From NCBI GenBank assembly GCA_003056085.1, contig LSNK01000001.1, positions 152,729 through 216,728 on the forward strand: a DNA stretch of 64,000 bases, in the 5' to 3' direction. Source of the DNA: Parcubacteria group bacterium M6-OD1-1 (lineage in GTDB: Bacteria > Patescibacteriota > Minisyncoccia > GWC2-36-17 > M10-OD1-4). Positions 47,375-57,626 of the stretch are shown one piece after another. A model generated the notes under the pieces. That model made no database searches. It saw nothing but the letters and a program-made list of their open reading frames with translations, and had not been told where the DNA came from. Positions within the stretch are counted from its first letter, which is position 1; each line of letters begins with the position of its first letter. The position numbers and the translations under genes are program-made.

Positions 47375-49162
47375 TTATTTATATTTTTTATCTAACGCCA
47401 TCTGGTGCGCCTTAAAATATTCTTTCGCAAAAATACTCCAGTCAGCCTGAGCTGCCAAGTTGTAAGCGGATATCTTATTTTGAACTCTTTCTCTATGAGA
47501 AAACTTTGAATACTCCAGCATAATTTTAAATAAATCCTCCTCAACATCTTCGTCTTTGCGTTTAAGCCTGTCTATAACATAAACTCCAGGATATTTTTTA
47601 CCTTTAACCTTGTCTTTAAAATATCTTCCAAACCCGGAAAGATCGGTCGTAGCAGAAGCTACGCCAAGACCTGCGCTTTCCAAGGGTGTATAACCCCATG
47701 GTTCATAAAAAGACGGGAATGCCCCAAAATGAGCCCCTTGTATGCTTTCATAATACTCTAAATCCAAAAGTCCGTCAGAACCGCTATTGTAAATCGGATA
47801 AAATACGACTTTAACTTTATCTTCCTCTTTGTTGGTTAAGCCGTTTTCTTTTAAGGCTTTGAGTATAGAATCGTTCGGGTCAATGACATCATGAGTTGCG
47901 AGAAGAGGTGCGTCGTCAACACTGCTTTTTAAACGCTTTATTTGATTTCTCAGCGTTCTTAAAAATGCTTCGTCAAAAAGATCTTCAACCTTAACATCTT
48001 CTTTGGTAAGCAAAGAGTATAAGATTGTTTCGTCTAAGTCATCGTGAACTTCCTCAAAAGAATTCATAATATCATGAAAATACTCTCTTGATTTAACTAA
48101 TTTTTTGTTTATTCCACTAACTCCGGCAGGCACCCATATAAAACTAACTACTGTTTTTTTTGATTTTTCCTCTTTCATTTTTTGATTTAATTTTGCAAGA
48201 GATTTTATAAAAATATCTATACCTTTGTTGTGAAACTCATATCTTGCCCCTAAAAAGTAAAAAAGAGTTTGCTTTAAGTCAAAAGTGTAATAAGGGAAAA
48301 AATAATAAATCAAAAATTCTCTAATTCTGTTTCTTTGAATAGAATGCTGTTTTGTTATCTCTTCAATAGTTGGAAATTTTTCAACATCAATACCGTTTGG
48401 CAATGTCACGTCAGGAGCTCTTCCTAAAAAATGCTCTGCCTCTATCGCTGTGATTTCACTTACCGTAGTAAAAACATCTGCGCTTTGAGCGGCGCTTTTT
48501 TCCACCTTATATTTATGCTGTATAAAGTGAACTCTTGCTTCATTTTCCGGATCTATAGAATCAAAATTAGAATAAAAATCCACATTACTGCTTGCAAGAC
48601 TCCTTCCTAAAGTTGTCGCGTGAGTTGTAAAAACCGTTGCTAAATTTACATTTTTATTTTTAAGATACAAAATAGGCGATCCCGAAAGCCACTCATGAAA
48701 ATGCCCAAGAACTTTTTTATCCGGTACAGAAGCAATAAACTCCTCCAAAAACTTTCCTACACCAAAGCCCCAAACAATCGGATCATTAAAATCGGTGCCG
48801 GCACCGAGAGAATCAACCTGATAAAAATCCCATAATTCTTTTTTTATTGAATCTAAATAAGGCATCAAAGCATCAAATTCTAAAAGTATGACAAGCGGTT
48901 CTCCCTCTATTAACCATTTCCCAAAATGAGCTTTAACACCCTTTTTTTCAATATTCGTAAAAATAGTAGCGAAATATTCCGGAGCCTGAATTTCTTCAAA
49001 CTGACCAATTATTTTATCTTTAAAATAAGGCCCTATTAAAAAATAATTAGAGCCATAGTTTTTAACCATCTCCCTTGCCTTTGAAGCAATCACGGTATTT
49101 ATACCGCCAACTTTGTTAACCGCTTCCCAAGAAACTTCAAAAATAAAATCTGGTTTTTGCAT
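47375..49162 (-). CDS. GT3-family (eukaryote-type) glycogen synthase
   Basis: FEVSWEAVNKVGGI, HFHEWL, FTTHATTLGR, RYEFHNKG and PSFYEPWGYTPLE. Confidence 0.93.
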   Translation of the reverse strand: MQKPDFIFEVSWEAVNKVGGINTVIASKAREMVKNYGSNYFLIGPYFKDKIIGQFEEIQAPEYFATIFTNIEKKGVKAHFGKWLIEGEPLVILLEFDALMPYLDSIKKELWDFYQVDSLGAGTDFNDPIVWGFGVGKFLEEFIASVPDKKVLGHFHEWLSGSPILYLKNKNVNLATVFTTHATTLGRSLASSNVDFYSNFDSIDPENEARVHFIQHKYKVEKSAAQSADVFTTVSEITAIEAEHFLGRAPDVTLPNGIDVEKFPTIEEITKQHSIQRNRIREFLIYYFFPYYTFDLKQTLFYFLGARYEFHNKGIDIFIKSLAKLNQKMKEEKSKKTVVSFIWVPAGVSGINKKLVKSREYFHDIMNSFEEVHDDLDETILYSLLTKEDVKVEDLFDEAFLRTLRNQIKRLKSSVDDAPLLATHDVIDPNDSILKALKENGLTNKEEDKVKVVFYPIYNSGSDGLLDLEYYESIQGAHFGAFPSFYEPWGYTPLESAGLGVASATTDLSGFGRYFKDKVKGKKYPGVYVIDRLKRKDEDVEEDLFKIMLEYSKFSHRERVQNKISAYNLAAQADWSIFAKEYFKAHQMALDKKYK

Positions 49163-49227
49163 ATTTTTTATATTTAATAAAATTTTTAATTTATAATTAG
49201 TAATTTCACTTCATATCTTTGATTTAT

Positions 49228-49350
49228 TAAAACTAAATAAATTGAGTAAAGTTTGAGGAAAAAACGAGGAGCGGAATAAGTCGTACTAATGATACGACAT
49301 TGAGCACAGAAGTTTTTAACGAAGAAATTTGCTCGATTTATTTAGTTTTA
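49228..49350. repeat. MITE-like foldback element (123 bp, 23-bp imperfect terminal inverted repeats)
   Basis: TAAAACTAAATAAATTGAGTAAA ... TTTGCTCGATTTATTTAGTTTTA, with an internal GTCGTA/TACGAC hairpin. Confidence 0.55.
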
Positions 49351-50544
49351 AGCTTCTTCAACTCTTTTTTTAAGATCATTATATACATTCATATACGAAA
49401 TAAAAGCGTCGTAAGGGGTGTCGTATGGGTTAAAATATGTATGAACATCTCCATCTGCAAACCATTTTGTGCACATATAATAGAAGTGATCGGAAGTCTG
49501 CAGCTTTCTCCAGTCAGAAATCAACTTTGGATTATTTTTTTTCAAAACAGCATTTTTAATTGAATATATCTTGCTGAGTGCTGAATACTGCATTGAGTTT
49601 GATCTCCACGCGCTTAAGTCGCGCTCTACATCAGCCCATGAAATATATCTACTTACATCTATTTCATCATGACAATTGTAAGAAGCTATCACTTCAGATG
49701 GAGTTTTAAAACCGTTATCTTTGTTTTTTAAAATCTCTCCCGGCAAGGAACGCAGAAAATTAAATATTCCGGTATCTTCCCACTGATGCTCCCCGAAAGT
49801 TTCATAATCCATAAACAAATTTATAACTTCACCATTTCCATTATGAGAAGACACCCAATGGGCAAACTTGTCGGCAGTCAGCGGCCAGTCGTCCCAGTCA
49901 CGAGAAGAAAATCTGAAAGCTATATCGTCTGATAATTTATAATTTTTAAGAAGCAGTTTAATGCGCTCTGTTCCTTTTGGCTTATAAACAAAGTTAGGGC
50001 TTCTCCAGTCTAAAATATCATCAACGCCTTCTGTTAAAATAGCGTCAAAACCAAGATCCTCCGCTATCTTTGCTATACTATTATTATATATTAATTCTGT
50101 ATTTCTAAAAACCTTTGGTTTTACGCCAAAAAAATTCTTTATGATATTTTGGTGCATTTTAATCTGATCTTTAAACTCATCTTCAGAATATAAAGAAGCT
50201 AAAGAGTGATAGTAAGTCTCTGACAAAAACTCAACTTGCCCAGTTTTAATAAGCTTATAAAAAGACAGCAAAACTTCCGGATAATATTCTTCCGCCTGCT
50301 CCAAGAAAGTTCCGGACAAAGAATAACTAATCTTAAATTCGGGATATCTTTTTAATAAAGAAAGCATATTTTCATTTGCAGGCAGATAGCATTTGTCTGC
50401 CACTTTTCTAAAAACTTTTTTATTGTTTAAATCCGTATCTGAGTCATCGTTAAAATAATTATGATCTTTCCCAATATTAAATATAGGATATTTTTTTATC
50501 CTTCTTGGTTGATGAACTTGAAAATAAAAACAAATATCGGGCAT
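49348..50544 (-). CDS. Glycoside hydrolase family 57 (alpha-amylase-like)
   Basis: FQVHQP, ETYYHSL, FRNTELIY, MDYETFGEHQ and LQTSDHFYYM. Confidence 0.93.
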   Translation of the reverse strand: MPDICFYFQVHQPRRIKKYPIFNIGKDHNYFNDDSDTDLNNKKVFRKVADKCYLPANENMLSLLKRYPEFKISYSLSGTFLEQAEEYYPEVLLSFYKLIKTGQVEFLSETYYHSLASLYSEDEFKDQIKMHQNIIKNFFGVKPKVFRNTELIYNNSIAKIAEDLGFDAILTEGVDDILDWRSPNFVYKPKGTERIKLLLKNYKLSDDIAFRFSSRDWDDWPLTADKFAHWVSSHNGNGEVINLFMDYETFGEHQWEDTGIFNFLRSLPGEILKNKDNGFKTPSEVIASYNCHDEIDVSRYISWADVERDLSAWRSNSMQYSALSKIYSIKNAVLKKNNPKLISDWRKLQTSDHFYYMCTKWFADGDVHTYFNPYDTPYDAFISYMNVYNDLKKRVEEA

Positions 50545-50554
50545 ATAAATAAAC

Positions 50555-51754
50555 TTATCGTCTAATTAATTTATTATAAATATCTAAACATTTTTTTGCG
50601 GACTTAGACCAACTAAATTTCTTTAAATCTTTTTGTCCATTTTCTGAAAGACAATCTTTTAATTCTTTATATTCAACTACCGATAAAATTTTTGCCGCCA
50701 TATCTTCGACGTCCCAAAAATCGGTTTTTAAGCAATGAACTATATTCTCTCCAACTCCGGTTTGTTTTGATATTAAAACCGGGGTGCCGTTTTGGATTGA
50801 CTCAAGCACGGTAAGACCGAAAGGCTCAGAAATTGAAGGCATAACATAAAGATCTGCTGACTGATAAAGATTTTCCAATTCTTCTCCTCTCAAAAAACCT
50901 GCAAATAAAAAACTGTCTGAAATACCCATATTGGATGCGTCTTCTATTATTTTATTTTGCATATCACCGGAACCCGCCATAACAAAAAGTATATCTGGAT
51001 TGTGCTCCAAGCATTTTTTAGCGGCTGCAAGAAAATAATCCGGTCCTTTTTGGATAGTTATTCTTCCTACAAAAGCAACTATCGGTCTGCCTTTTAAATT
51101 AATTTTTAAAGTATCTTTGTGTTTTTTAATCTCTTTTTCTTCAGGAGCATTATACACAACCTCAATTTTTTCTTCAGGTATGCCATAATGCCTCACGATG
51201 GTGTCTTTTGTAAGCTGAGAAACCGCTATTATTTTATCCGCTTTTTCCATTCCTATTTTTTCCACTTCATAAACAAGCGGATTTACTCCTGTTCCTCCGG
51301 TTCTATCAAATTCCGTCGCATGAACGTGAACAATGAGGGGTTTTTGTGAAACTTTTTTTGCTTCAATGCCAGCTAAAAAAGAAAGCCAGTCATGAGCATG
51401 AATAACATCAAAATTTTCTTTCTGGGCTATTTTTCTTGCAAGTTTTCCATATCTTAAAACCTCTTCAAAAAGCGTATTGCCGTAAAAATGCTCTATCTGA
51501 AAATCATAAATAAGTTTTGAATATTTCTCTGAGGATAAATACGCAGACAAAAAAGAATCAACTTTTTTTACCTCTACATTTAAATCCGCAAATATAACAT
51601 CAAAATTATTTTCAGAAATATTTTTTTTCCTCGGCAAAACAAAAACAACTTCTGCGTCCTTCTGACTTAAAGCTTTTGTGAGATTAAAACAGGCAACACC
51701 TAAACCTCCGCTGTTTTCAGGCGGAAGCTCCCACCCGAACATTAAAATCCTCAT
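50555..51754 (-). CDS. GT4 glycosyltransferase (glycogen-synthase-like)
   Basis: GWELPPENSGGLG, HAHDWL, HVHATEFDR and PSISEPFG. Confidence 0.92.
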   Translation of the reverse strand: MRILMFGWELPPENSGGLGVACFNLTKALSQKDAEVVFVLPRKKNISENNFDVIFADLNVEVKKVDSFLSAYLSSEKYSKLIYDFQIEHFYGNTLFEEVLRYGKLARKIAQKENFDVIHAHDWLSFLAGIEAKKVSQKPLIVHVHATEFDRTGGTGVNPLVYEVEKIGMEKADKIIAVSQLTKDTIVRHYGIPEEKIEVVYNAPEEKEIKKHKDTLKINLKGRPIVAFVGRITIQKGPDYFLAAAKKCLEHNPDILFVMAGSGDMQNKIIEDASNMGISDSFLFAGFLRGEELENLYQSADLYVMPSISEPFGLTVLESIQNGTPVLISKQTGVGENIVHCLKTDFWDVEDMAAKILSVVEYKELKDCLSENGQKDLKKFSWSKSAKKCLDIYNKLIRR

Positions 51755-52091
51755 TTTTCAAAGACATGTCGCACAATACTTTCTGCAGAAAAATTTTCTA
51801 ATTTAAAACAAAACAAAGCAAAAAGCATATATAACATACTTCTGTCAGAAATATTTTTACTAAGTAGCGGTTTAAATTAAAAAATCACCGCAAAAAAGGA
51901 CATCGCGTGACAAGCCTGCTAAGTCCCGCATTTATTATTTTTAGTGTCACTAAAAAATAATAACCGGTAGATTTATTTAAAAATAACCAACTGAGTGCAC
52001 CCGGTGCACATTTTAATTATATAACAAACAGCACTAAAAAACAAAAATACCGAATACAAAATTCGGTATTTTTTGTGCATAACTTTTTAAA

Positions 52092-52604
52092 TTATTTATT
52101 TAAAAAATCATTTATCTTTTTTTCATCAAATTCCTCCAAAATTTTTACTTTTCCGGGAGCGGTAAGTATTATTTTGCCGTCATATTTAGAGCTTGGAGCC
52201 AAATATACCGATTTTGGGAATTTCTTTGCTATAGCGGTTAATTTATCAACTAAATCTTCTTCACATTCAAATTTCGTGCAATTGTATTGAATAATCTTTC
52301 CCGGAGCACCCCCTCCGTCTGCATGTTCAAGCATATGTTTTTGGACACTTTCAGGCATTTCTTCATTAAGAATATGAGATTTTGGAACATCTTCAGAATG
52401 TCCTTGAGAAGAAATGGTGGGAAGTACTTTTGCGCTTGAAGCAAAGTACCAAATAACCCAAATAATGCCAAAAATAATCAAAAAAACATAAACTGTATTT
52501 AAAATACCTTTCATTGCCTTTTTTCTTTTTGCTTGAGCTTTATTTTTTATTTTCTCCTCTTTTTTTAATCTTCTTTTTTCTTGTTTTGAATTTTGTTCTT
52601 CCAT
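52092..52604 (-). CDS. DUF3105-like membrane-anchored protein
   Basis: Basic N-terminus, TM helix, HMLEH...IIQYNC motif. Confidence 0.7.
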   Translation of the reverse strand: MEEQNSKQEKRRLKKEEKIKNKAQAKRKKAMKGILNTVYVFLIIFGIIWVIWYFASSAKVLPTISSQGHSEDVPKSHILNEEMPESVQKHMLEHADGGGAPGKIIQYNCTKFECEEDLVDKLTAIAKKFPKSVYLAPSSKYDGKIILTAPGKVKILEEFDEKKINDFLNK

Positions 52605-52614
52605 TTCTAAAAAA

Positions 52615-52944
52615 TTATTTTTTATTATTTCTCTTTTTTGCGGCAGTTTTTGTTTTTAAGCGCGCTTCTAATTTTTTAACTCTTTTTTCCAAAGACAAAA
52701 GGTCTTTTTGTTTCGCTAAGGCAACTTTTTTTGCAAAACAAACAGCTTCTTTTTTAATCTGAGCTTGAAGTTTTGCCTCAGTTTTTTTTGAATTTTCTAT
52801 AAACTTAGACAACATAGCCTCACCTTCCTTTTTTGTTATCTTGTTTTTTTTAATAAGACTTTTTATATTTTTATCAAGTTCTTTTTGAGCTTTAGAATAA
52901 ACGCCTACCCCGAACAAAACACTTTTTTTTATAAAATCTTTCAT
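52615..52944 (-). CDS. Phasin-like / PHA granule-associated family protein
   Basis: KKSVLFGVG...LIKKNKITKKEG...LAKQKDLLSLEKRVKKLE pattern. Confidence 0.7.
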   Translation of the reverse strand: MKDFIKKSVLFGVGVYSKAQKELDKNIKSLIKKNKITKKEGEAMLSKFIENSKKTEAKLQAQIKKEAVCFAKKVALAKQKDLLSLEKRVKKLEARLKTKTAAKKRNNKK

Positions 52945-53013
52945 ATTTTTATTTTTAAAATTTTAATAAATACAATTTTATTATATAATGAAATGGTGTA
53001 ATTATACAACTTT

Positions 53014-53640
53014 ATGAAATCAAAGATTATAGACTTTTTTTATATTTTAAGCTTTTTCTTCAGTTTTGCTGTCGGTGTATTTTATTTTTACCTGACAAAA
53101 AATGAATTGGTTGGTTTTTTTATTTATACCGCAGCAGGACCACTATTACTTTCAATTCCTTTATTCCTGAAAAAAATAAAAGTGATTTATGAAAACTATA
53201 ATGACAACCTAAATAAGTTAGTAAAACTCTCTTTATTTTCAATAGTTTATGCTCATGGTTTTGGTTCTTTGGGTCTATACGATAAATCTTTTGAATACGA
53301 TCAAATAGCTCATTTCATCACCCTTGTATTCACAACAATACTGCTTGCACTGCTTTATAGAATAATAATAGTAGATGTTTTAAAAAGAAAAGAACATAAA
53401 CTTTTTATTGTTTTTTCCGTATTATTTTTATTGGGAATTTTAGGAGGAGCATTAACTGAAATAATCCAATTTTTCTCAGATAAATTTTTTGGAAGCAATA
53501 TGTTTTTTGATACAGATCAAATAATAAATATTGATGTTTTAACGGACATGAGAGCGAATTTACTCGGTTCACTGGCTGGAATTTTATTTTTAAAACTAAA
53601 ATGGTCAAAAATCAAAGAAAAAATAATAAAAAATAGTTAA
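53014..53640 (+). CDS. Membrane protein (DUF2238/VanZ-like)
   Basis: YDQIAHF, EIIQF and DMRANLLG; multi-TM. Confidence 0.7.
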   Translation: MKSKIIDFFYILSFFFSFAVGVFYFYLTKNELVGFFIYTAAGPLLLSIPLFLKKIKVIYENYNDNLNKLVKLSLFSIVYAHGFGSLGLYDKSFEYDQIAHFITLVFTTILLALLYRIIIVDVLKRKEHKLFIVFSVLFLLGILGGALTEIIQFFSDKFFGSNMFFDTDQIINIDVLTDMRANLLGSLAGILFLKLKWSKIKEKIIKNS

Positions 53641-53656
53641 TATCTTTAAATAAATA

Positions 53657-55258
53657 TTATTTTATTATCACAATATCTCCTTCATATAAACCTGATAAAA
53701 TCTCTATTTTATCCTCAGACTCTTCTCCTGTCTCCACCTTCACCTCTCTTTTTGAACTTCCTTCAAGCAATATAACCTTCTTATAATTATCTTTTCTTAT
53801 TAAGGCGCTCTGAGGAATAACCAATACTCCTTTTTTTACAGTAGCTCTTATTTTAAGCTTTACATCCATTCCAAGCTTAAGCTTATCGCTTTCTTTTAAA
53901 AAAGCAATGAACACTTTAGACTTGTCGCTATTTCCTTCTATATTTACGACATTACCTTCAATGCCGCTTTTTTTCTCCGTATTTAAAATTATATCCACCT
54001 TATCTCCTACTTTTATTTTTTCAGCATCTTTTTTGGAAAGCTCAGACTCCACTTGAAAATCAGATATTAAAATTAAAGATACTACCGGTTTTTGAGACTC
54101 TACTAAAGAACCTTTTTTAACATAAATGTTTTTTACTATTCCTGATATCGGAGCTGTGAGATTCATATTTTTTATCTTCTCAACCGTTAATGCCTTAAGC
54201 GCTCCGGCCTCTTTTATCTGCGCCTCATAAACCGCTATTTCAACATCTCTTGGTTTAGCTTTTTTCAGCGCAAGTTCTCCTTCTTTTTCTGCAAGCAACG
54301 CCCTTTTTGAATTTACTAAATTTTCAGCCTCTGAAAGAGAATTTTGATTTGTAATTTTTTGCAAAGATATTGCTTGCTCCTTGTTTAAAAGTTCTGTTTG
54401 AATAGAATTTACCCCTGCTCTTGCTCGGTTAATGTCAGAAATAAACTCTTCTATGCTTTTTTGCCCGGAAATAACGGCAGCTGTTTCCAAAGCTTCGTAA
54501 GTTTTATTTAAAGAAACTCTTAATATTTCTAAATTTACTTTAAATTTTGGAAGTATTTTATCTATATTTTTATTAGAAGAATCTTCTTTTAGTTTTTCAA
54601 AATCATTTTTAATTTCTAAAAATGCGTTTCTTGTAAAGATAATCTGCCATTCTGCATCTGATTTTTTGCTAAAATCTCTTACAAAGAAAAAATTATTAAA
54701 CTTATTGCTTGGTTGATAAATCAAATCCAATATATCCATAGCATTGTTTGCTGTCAGCAAAACCGAATCCGACACATCAACCGCAGACTGATAAGTTTGA
54801 GTTAGCTTATTATCTAATTTTATTTTTAAATTTTCAAAATTTTGCAATGCATTATTCAAATTAATCTTGGCAGTTTCAACTTGAGCTTCAAAAAGATCCA
54901 ACTCCTCATTTCTTGTTCCTGCTAAAAGTTGAGAAAGCTTGGCTTTTGCAAGCTCTATTTGAGCTTCAGATTTTTTGAGCTCTGCTTTTTGAGCATTGGA
55001 ATTTAAAGACATCAAGATATCCCCTTCTTTAACTTTAGTTCCTGAAGAAATATAAATTTTATCAACTCTGCCGGCAACCTCAAAACCCATTTTTACCTCA
55101 TCTGAAGCAATAATTTTACCAAAAGCAGATATATTTTGAATAATATCACCTCTTTTTACTTCAAAAATTTCGGGCTTGCTCAAAAAAAATGAATAATATA
55201 TCCACGCTATAAGGAAAGCCCCTAAAACAACTATTATTATTTGTTTTTTCTTATTCAT
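53657..55258 (-). CDS. Efflux RND/MacA-type periplasmic adaptor subunit
   Basis: GRVDKIYISSGTKVKEGD lipoyl half, long coiled coil, LTAPISGIV and EILSGLYEGD. Confidence 0.9.
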   Translation of the reverse strand: MNKKKQIIIVVLGAFLIAWIYYSFFLSKPEIFEVKRGDIIQNISAFGKIIASDEVKMGFEVAGRVDKIYISSGTKVKEGDILMSLNSNAQKAELKKSEAQIELAKAKLSQLLAGTRNEELDLFEAQVETAKINLNNALQNFENLKIKLDNKLTQTYQSAVDVSDSVLLTANNAMDILDLIYQPSNKFNNFFFVRDFSKKSDAEWQIIFTRNAFLEIKNDFEKLKEDSSNKNIDKILPKFKVNLEILRVSLNKTYEALETAAVISGQKSIEEFISDINRARAGVNSIQTELLNKEQAISLQKITNQNSLSEAENLVNSKRALLAEKEGELALKKAKPRDVEIAVYEAQIKEAGALKALTVEKIKNMNLTAPISGIVKNIYVKKGSLVESQKPVVSLILISDFQVESELSKKDAEKIKVGDKVDIILNTEKKSGIEGNVVNIEGNSDKSKVFIAFLKESDKLKLGMDVKLKIRATVKKGVLVIPQSALIRKDNYKKVILLEGSSKREVKVETGEESEDKIEILSGLYEGDIVIIK

Positions 55259-55534
55259 AATTGCTATTTATAGCATACTTTTTTAAAATTGGACAGTCTT
55301 AAAATAAGTTTGAAAAATTCATCATAAAAAGGAAAAAGGCGGACCAATTGGACCGCCTTTTAAAAAACTAACTTAAATTAACTAATGATTATTTATTCAA
55401 ATGAAATGAACAAATGAGTGTATACGTCGTACAAGACAATATTTTTTTGCATCCTGCACTGTCACGCACTTAACTCTTTAACATTTTCATTATACTATAA
55501 TTTTAAAAAATTATACAATACCGACTGTGGATAA

Positions 55535-56143
55535 CTAATTTATAGGACGTACTCTCATTTGCGACTCACCGTTTACGCATTGCTCAAAATCATATTTTTT
55601 TTCTATCATTTTATCTTCTATAAATCCGAGCAAAGCATTACCGCCCAGATAATCTCTTTGGACACCTATATAAACGCCTTCCGGCACAGTGCATCCAAAA
55701 CGACTCTGAGAAATGTCAAAATAATTGTAATCATATTTACCTGCCCATGGAGTGCTGCTTATCCACCTCATATACGGACCATTCCAATTTGCCGCAATTA
55801 TATTTTGCCAGCCTGCGGGACAATGACTGCAATCTGTACCGGGCACTCCCGCATTTGGATCTCCTGCTTCTGCATCCGGATTCCAAGGCAAAGGACGCTC
55901 AAACCCGGGGTCCCAACCAACATTTGTTTCAGGAGGATAAAACCCCATATCACCCAAATAAAGATCAGCGGCTTTTATAGTTTCTCTTTGAAAAGCGCCC
56001 GTCTCCGCTATCTTTGCGAGATCACGAGCATAACGCACACTCAACAAAACAGTATTTGCCAAAATACCAATAATAGCCAAAGTAATTATTATTTCAATCA
56101 AGGTAAATCCTTTGCTTTTACGCAGATCAGATTTTTTAATCAT
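55535..56143 (-). CDS. Type IV pilin / GspG-like pseudopilin
   Basis: KGFTLIE prepilin cleavage motif; WNGPY...TPW..KYDY. Confidence 0.9.
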   Translation of the reverse strand: MIKKSDLRKSKGFTLIEIIITLAIIGILANTVLLSVRYARDLAKIAETGAFQRETIKAADLYLGDMGFYPPETNVGWDPGFERPLPWNPDAEAGDPNAGVPGTDCSHCPAGWQNIIAANWNGPYMRWISSTPWAGKYDYNYFDISQSRFGCTVPEGVYIGVQRDYLGGNALLGFIEDKMIEKKYDFEQCVNGESQMRVRPIN

Positions 56144-56306
56144 ATTTAGAACATCAATAAAATTTAATTATATTGTACCATAATTGCAAAATAAATAAGA
56201 GTTAGAATTCATTTCGTACGATGATATAACATAAATAAAAATTAAAAAACCGCCTGTTTTATAAATTAAAGACGATTTTTAAATTCTTCTTTGAAAATTT
56301 ATTTTA

Positions 56307-56765
56307 TTATTTTGAAAACATTCCTCTAAGCGTTTTTACACTAAAGTAAAAAGCAAAAAGAAAATTAATAGCAAGGGAGTAATTTACTACAAATAGTAAA
56401 GATTTTAAAAAACTTCCATTATCGGTAAGATAAAATTGTATGCTGTAATATTCAAAAAAAGTAATAGCTAAGAAGGAAATTACAGCATTTGAAAACATAA
56501 CAAACTTTTGTTTTGGACTTGTAAGTCCTGCCAGTAAAATTAACAGTATAGCGCCTCCAAAAATAAGAACTCTATTATAAGTCAGCAAATTATAAAAGAA
56601 TGGAAATGTGACTAAAATAGTAATGCTTCCGGCAAAAAAGAGCTTTCTTATTATATCACCATAATAATGCTCTGAAATAGCAATTTCCTCTTTTAAAGAA
56701 CCTTCAAAAGACTCATCGCTCATACTAATTTTTTTCTCTTCTTTATTCATAGTATTATTACACAT
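56307..56765 (-). CDS. Membrane protein (4 TM)
   Basis: Hydrophobic segments; coupled to the cupin gene. Confidence 0.7.
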   Translation of the reverse strand: MCNNTMNKEEKKISMSDESFEGSLKEEIAISEHYYGDIIRKLFFAGSITILVTFPFFYNLLTYNRVLIFGGAILLILLAGLTSPKQKFVMFSNAVISFLAITFFEYYSIQFYLTDNGSFLKSLLFVVNYSLAINFLFAFYFSVKTLRGMFSK

Positions 56766-57151
56766 TACTCGCCATGCTCTAATCTTTCAGCTTCATCCGC
56801 TTCTTCTTTTGTTTTATGAATAGTTTCTGGAGCGTGTTCTGGCGGAGAATATATTGTGTAAAGCTTTAATTCTTTATCTTCTGATGTGTTTATTACATTA
56901 TGCTCGGTACCCGATGGTATAACAACAGCATAGTCATCTTTTATTTCAGATTCTTCTCCGTCTAACACAACCTTTCCTTCTCCCGACTCAACTCTTATAA
57001 ATTGATCCAAACTATGAACCTCCATTCCTATCTCCTCCTTTGGTTTTAAATTCATAACAACAAGCTGGCTGTTTGGCGCAGTATATAAAACTTTTCTAAA
57101 ATATTCATTTTTTAATGTTTCTTCTTCAATGTTTGCTATATATCCTTTCAT
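56765..57151 (-). CDS. Cupin domain protein
   Basis: EEIGMEVH...DQFIRVE...IPSGTEHNV...YSPPEH. Confidence 0.92.
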   Translation of the reverse strand: MKGYIANIEEETLKNEYFRKVLYTAPNSQLVVMNLKPKEEIGMEVHSLDQFIRVESGEGKVVLDGEESEIKDDYAVVIPSGTEHNVINTSEDKELKLYTIYSPPEHAPETIHKTKEEADEAERLEHGE

Positions 57152-57218
57152 ATTTTTATTTTAATAATTACCTAATTTCAGTTTACTCCTATAAACATAA
57201 AAATCAAATAAAAAGTAA

Positions 57219-57244
57219 AAGGACGGCACGATTGTGCCGTCCTT
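57219..57244 (-). terminator. Intrinsic terminator of the small GC-rich transcript
   Basis: AAGGACGGCAC-AATC-GTGCCGTCCTT followed by Ts on the - strand. Confidence 0.7.
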
Positions 57245-57342
57245 GTTTATTGGAAAATGGATGATTCTTCTTGAAATCTACAAATTAGCTAAGGCCAATT
57301 CATACTTTCTCCTTGCCTTCGCAGGCAATACGCGGGGCAGGT

Positions 57343-57447
57343 TCAGGCGGTGGCCAGATCGTGGCAGGCGCCGGCAGCGGTGGCGATCAGAGTTGTTGTC
57401 TTCTTCAATACGGTAGCATTCTGGTGGTTGGGGTCATTGTTGTGCAT
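57343..57447 (-). CDS. Candidate 34-aa peptide MHNNDPNHQNATVLKKTTTLIATAAGACHDLATA
   Basis: AAGGAG-N5-ATG, upstream TTGACA-N17-TAATGT and a downstream terminator; locally GC-rich. Confidence 0.4.
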   Translation of the reverse strand: MHNNDPNHQNATVLKKTTTLIATAAGACHDLATA

Positions 57448-57626
57448 GTCTGCTCCTTGTAGCTCGGCATCCCGAGCGGTTGTTTTTTAAAGTCACATCC
57501 CAGCTGACAACTTAATCCATCAGCTTCAAAGACACATTAACATCTTTAGAAAAACTTGTCAATAGCCTGTGGATATGTTATATTATTTTAGTGTTCATTT
57601 AAATGTATTTATCCGGAGCAAATATC

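Noticed and set aside
51770-52020. Riboswitch upstream of the glycogen cluster
   Set aside because: Only a short imperfect repeat (TACTT(T)CTG(T)CAGAAA) and small hairpins; no recognisable aptamer consensus.
55559-56149. 196-aa ORF antisense to the pilin gene
   Set aside because: Shadow of a clear prepilin CDS; composition is not protein-like.
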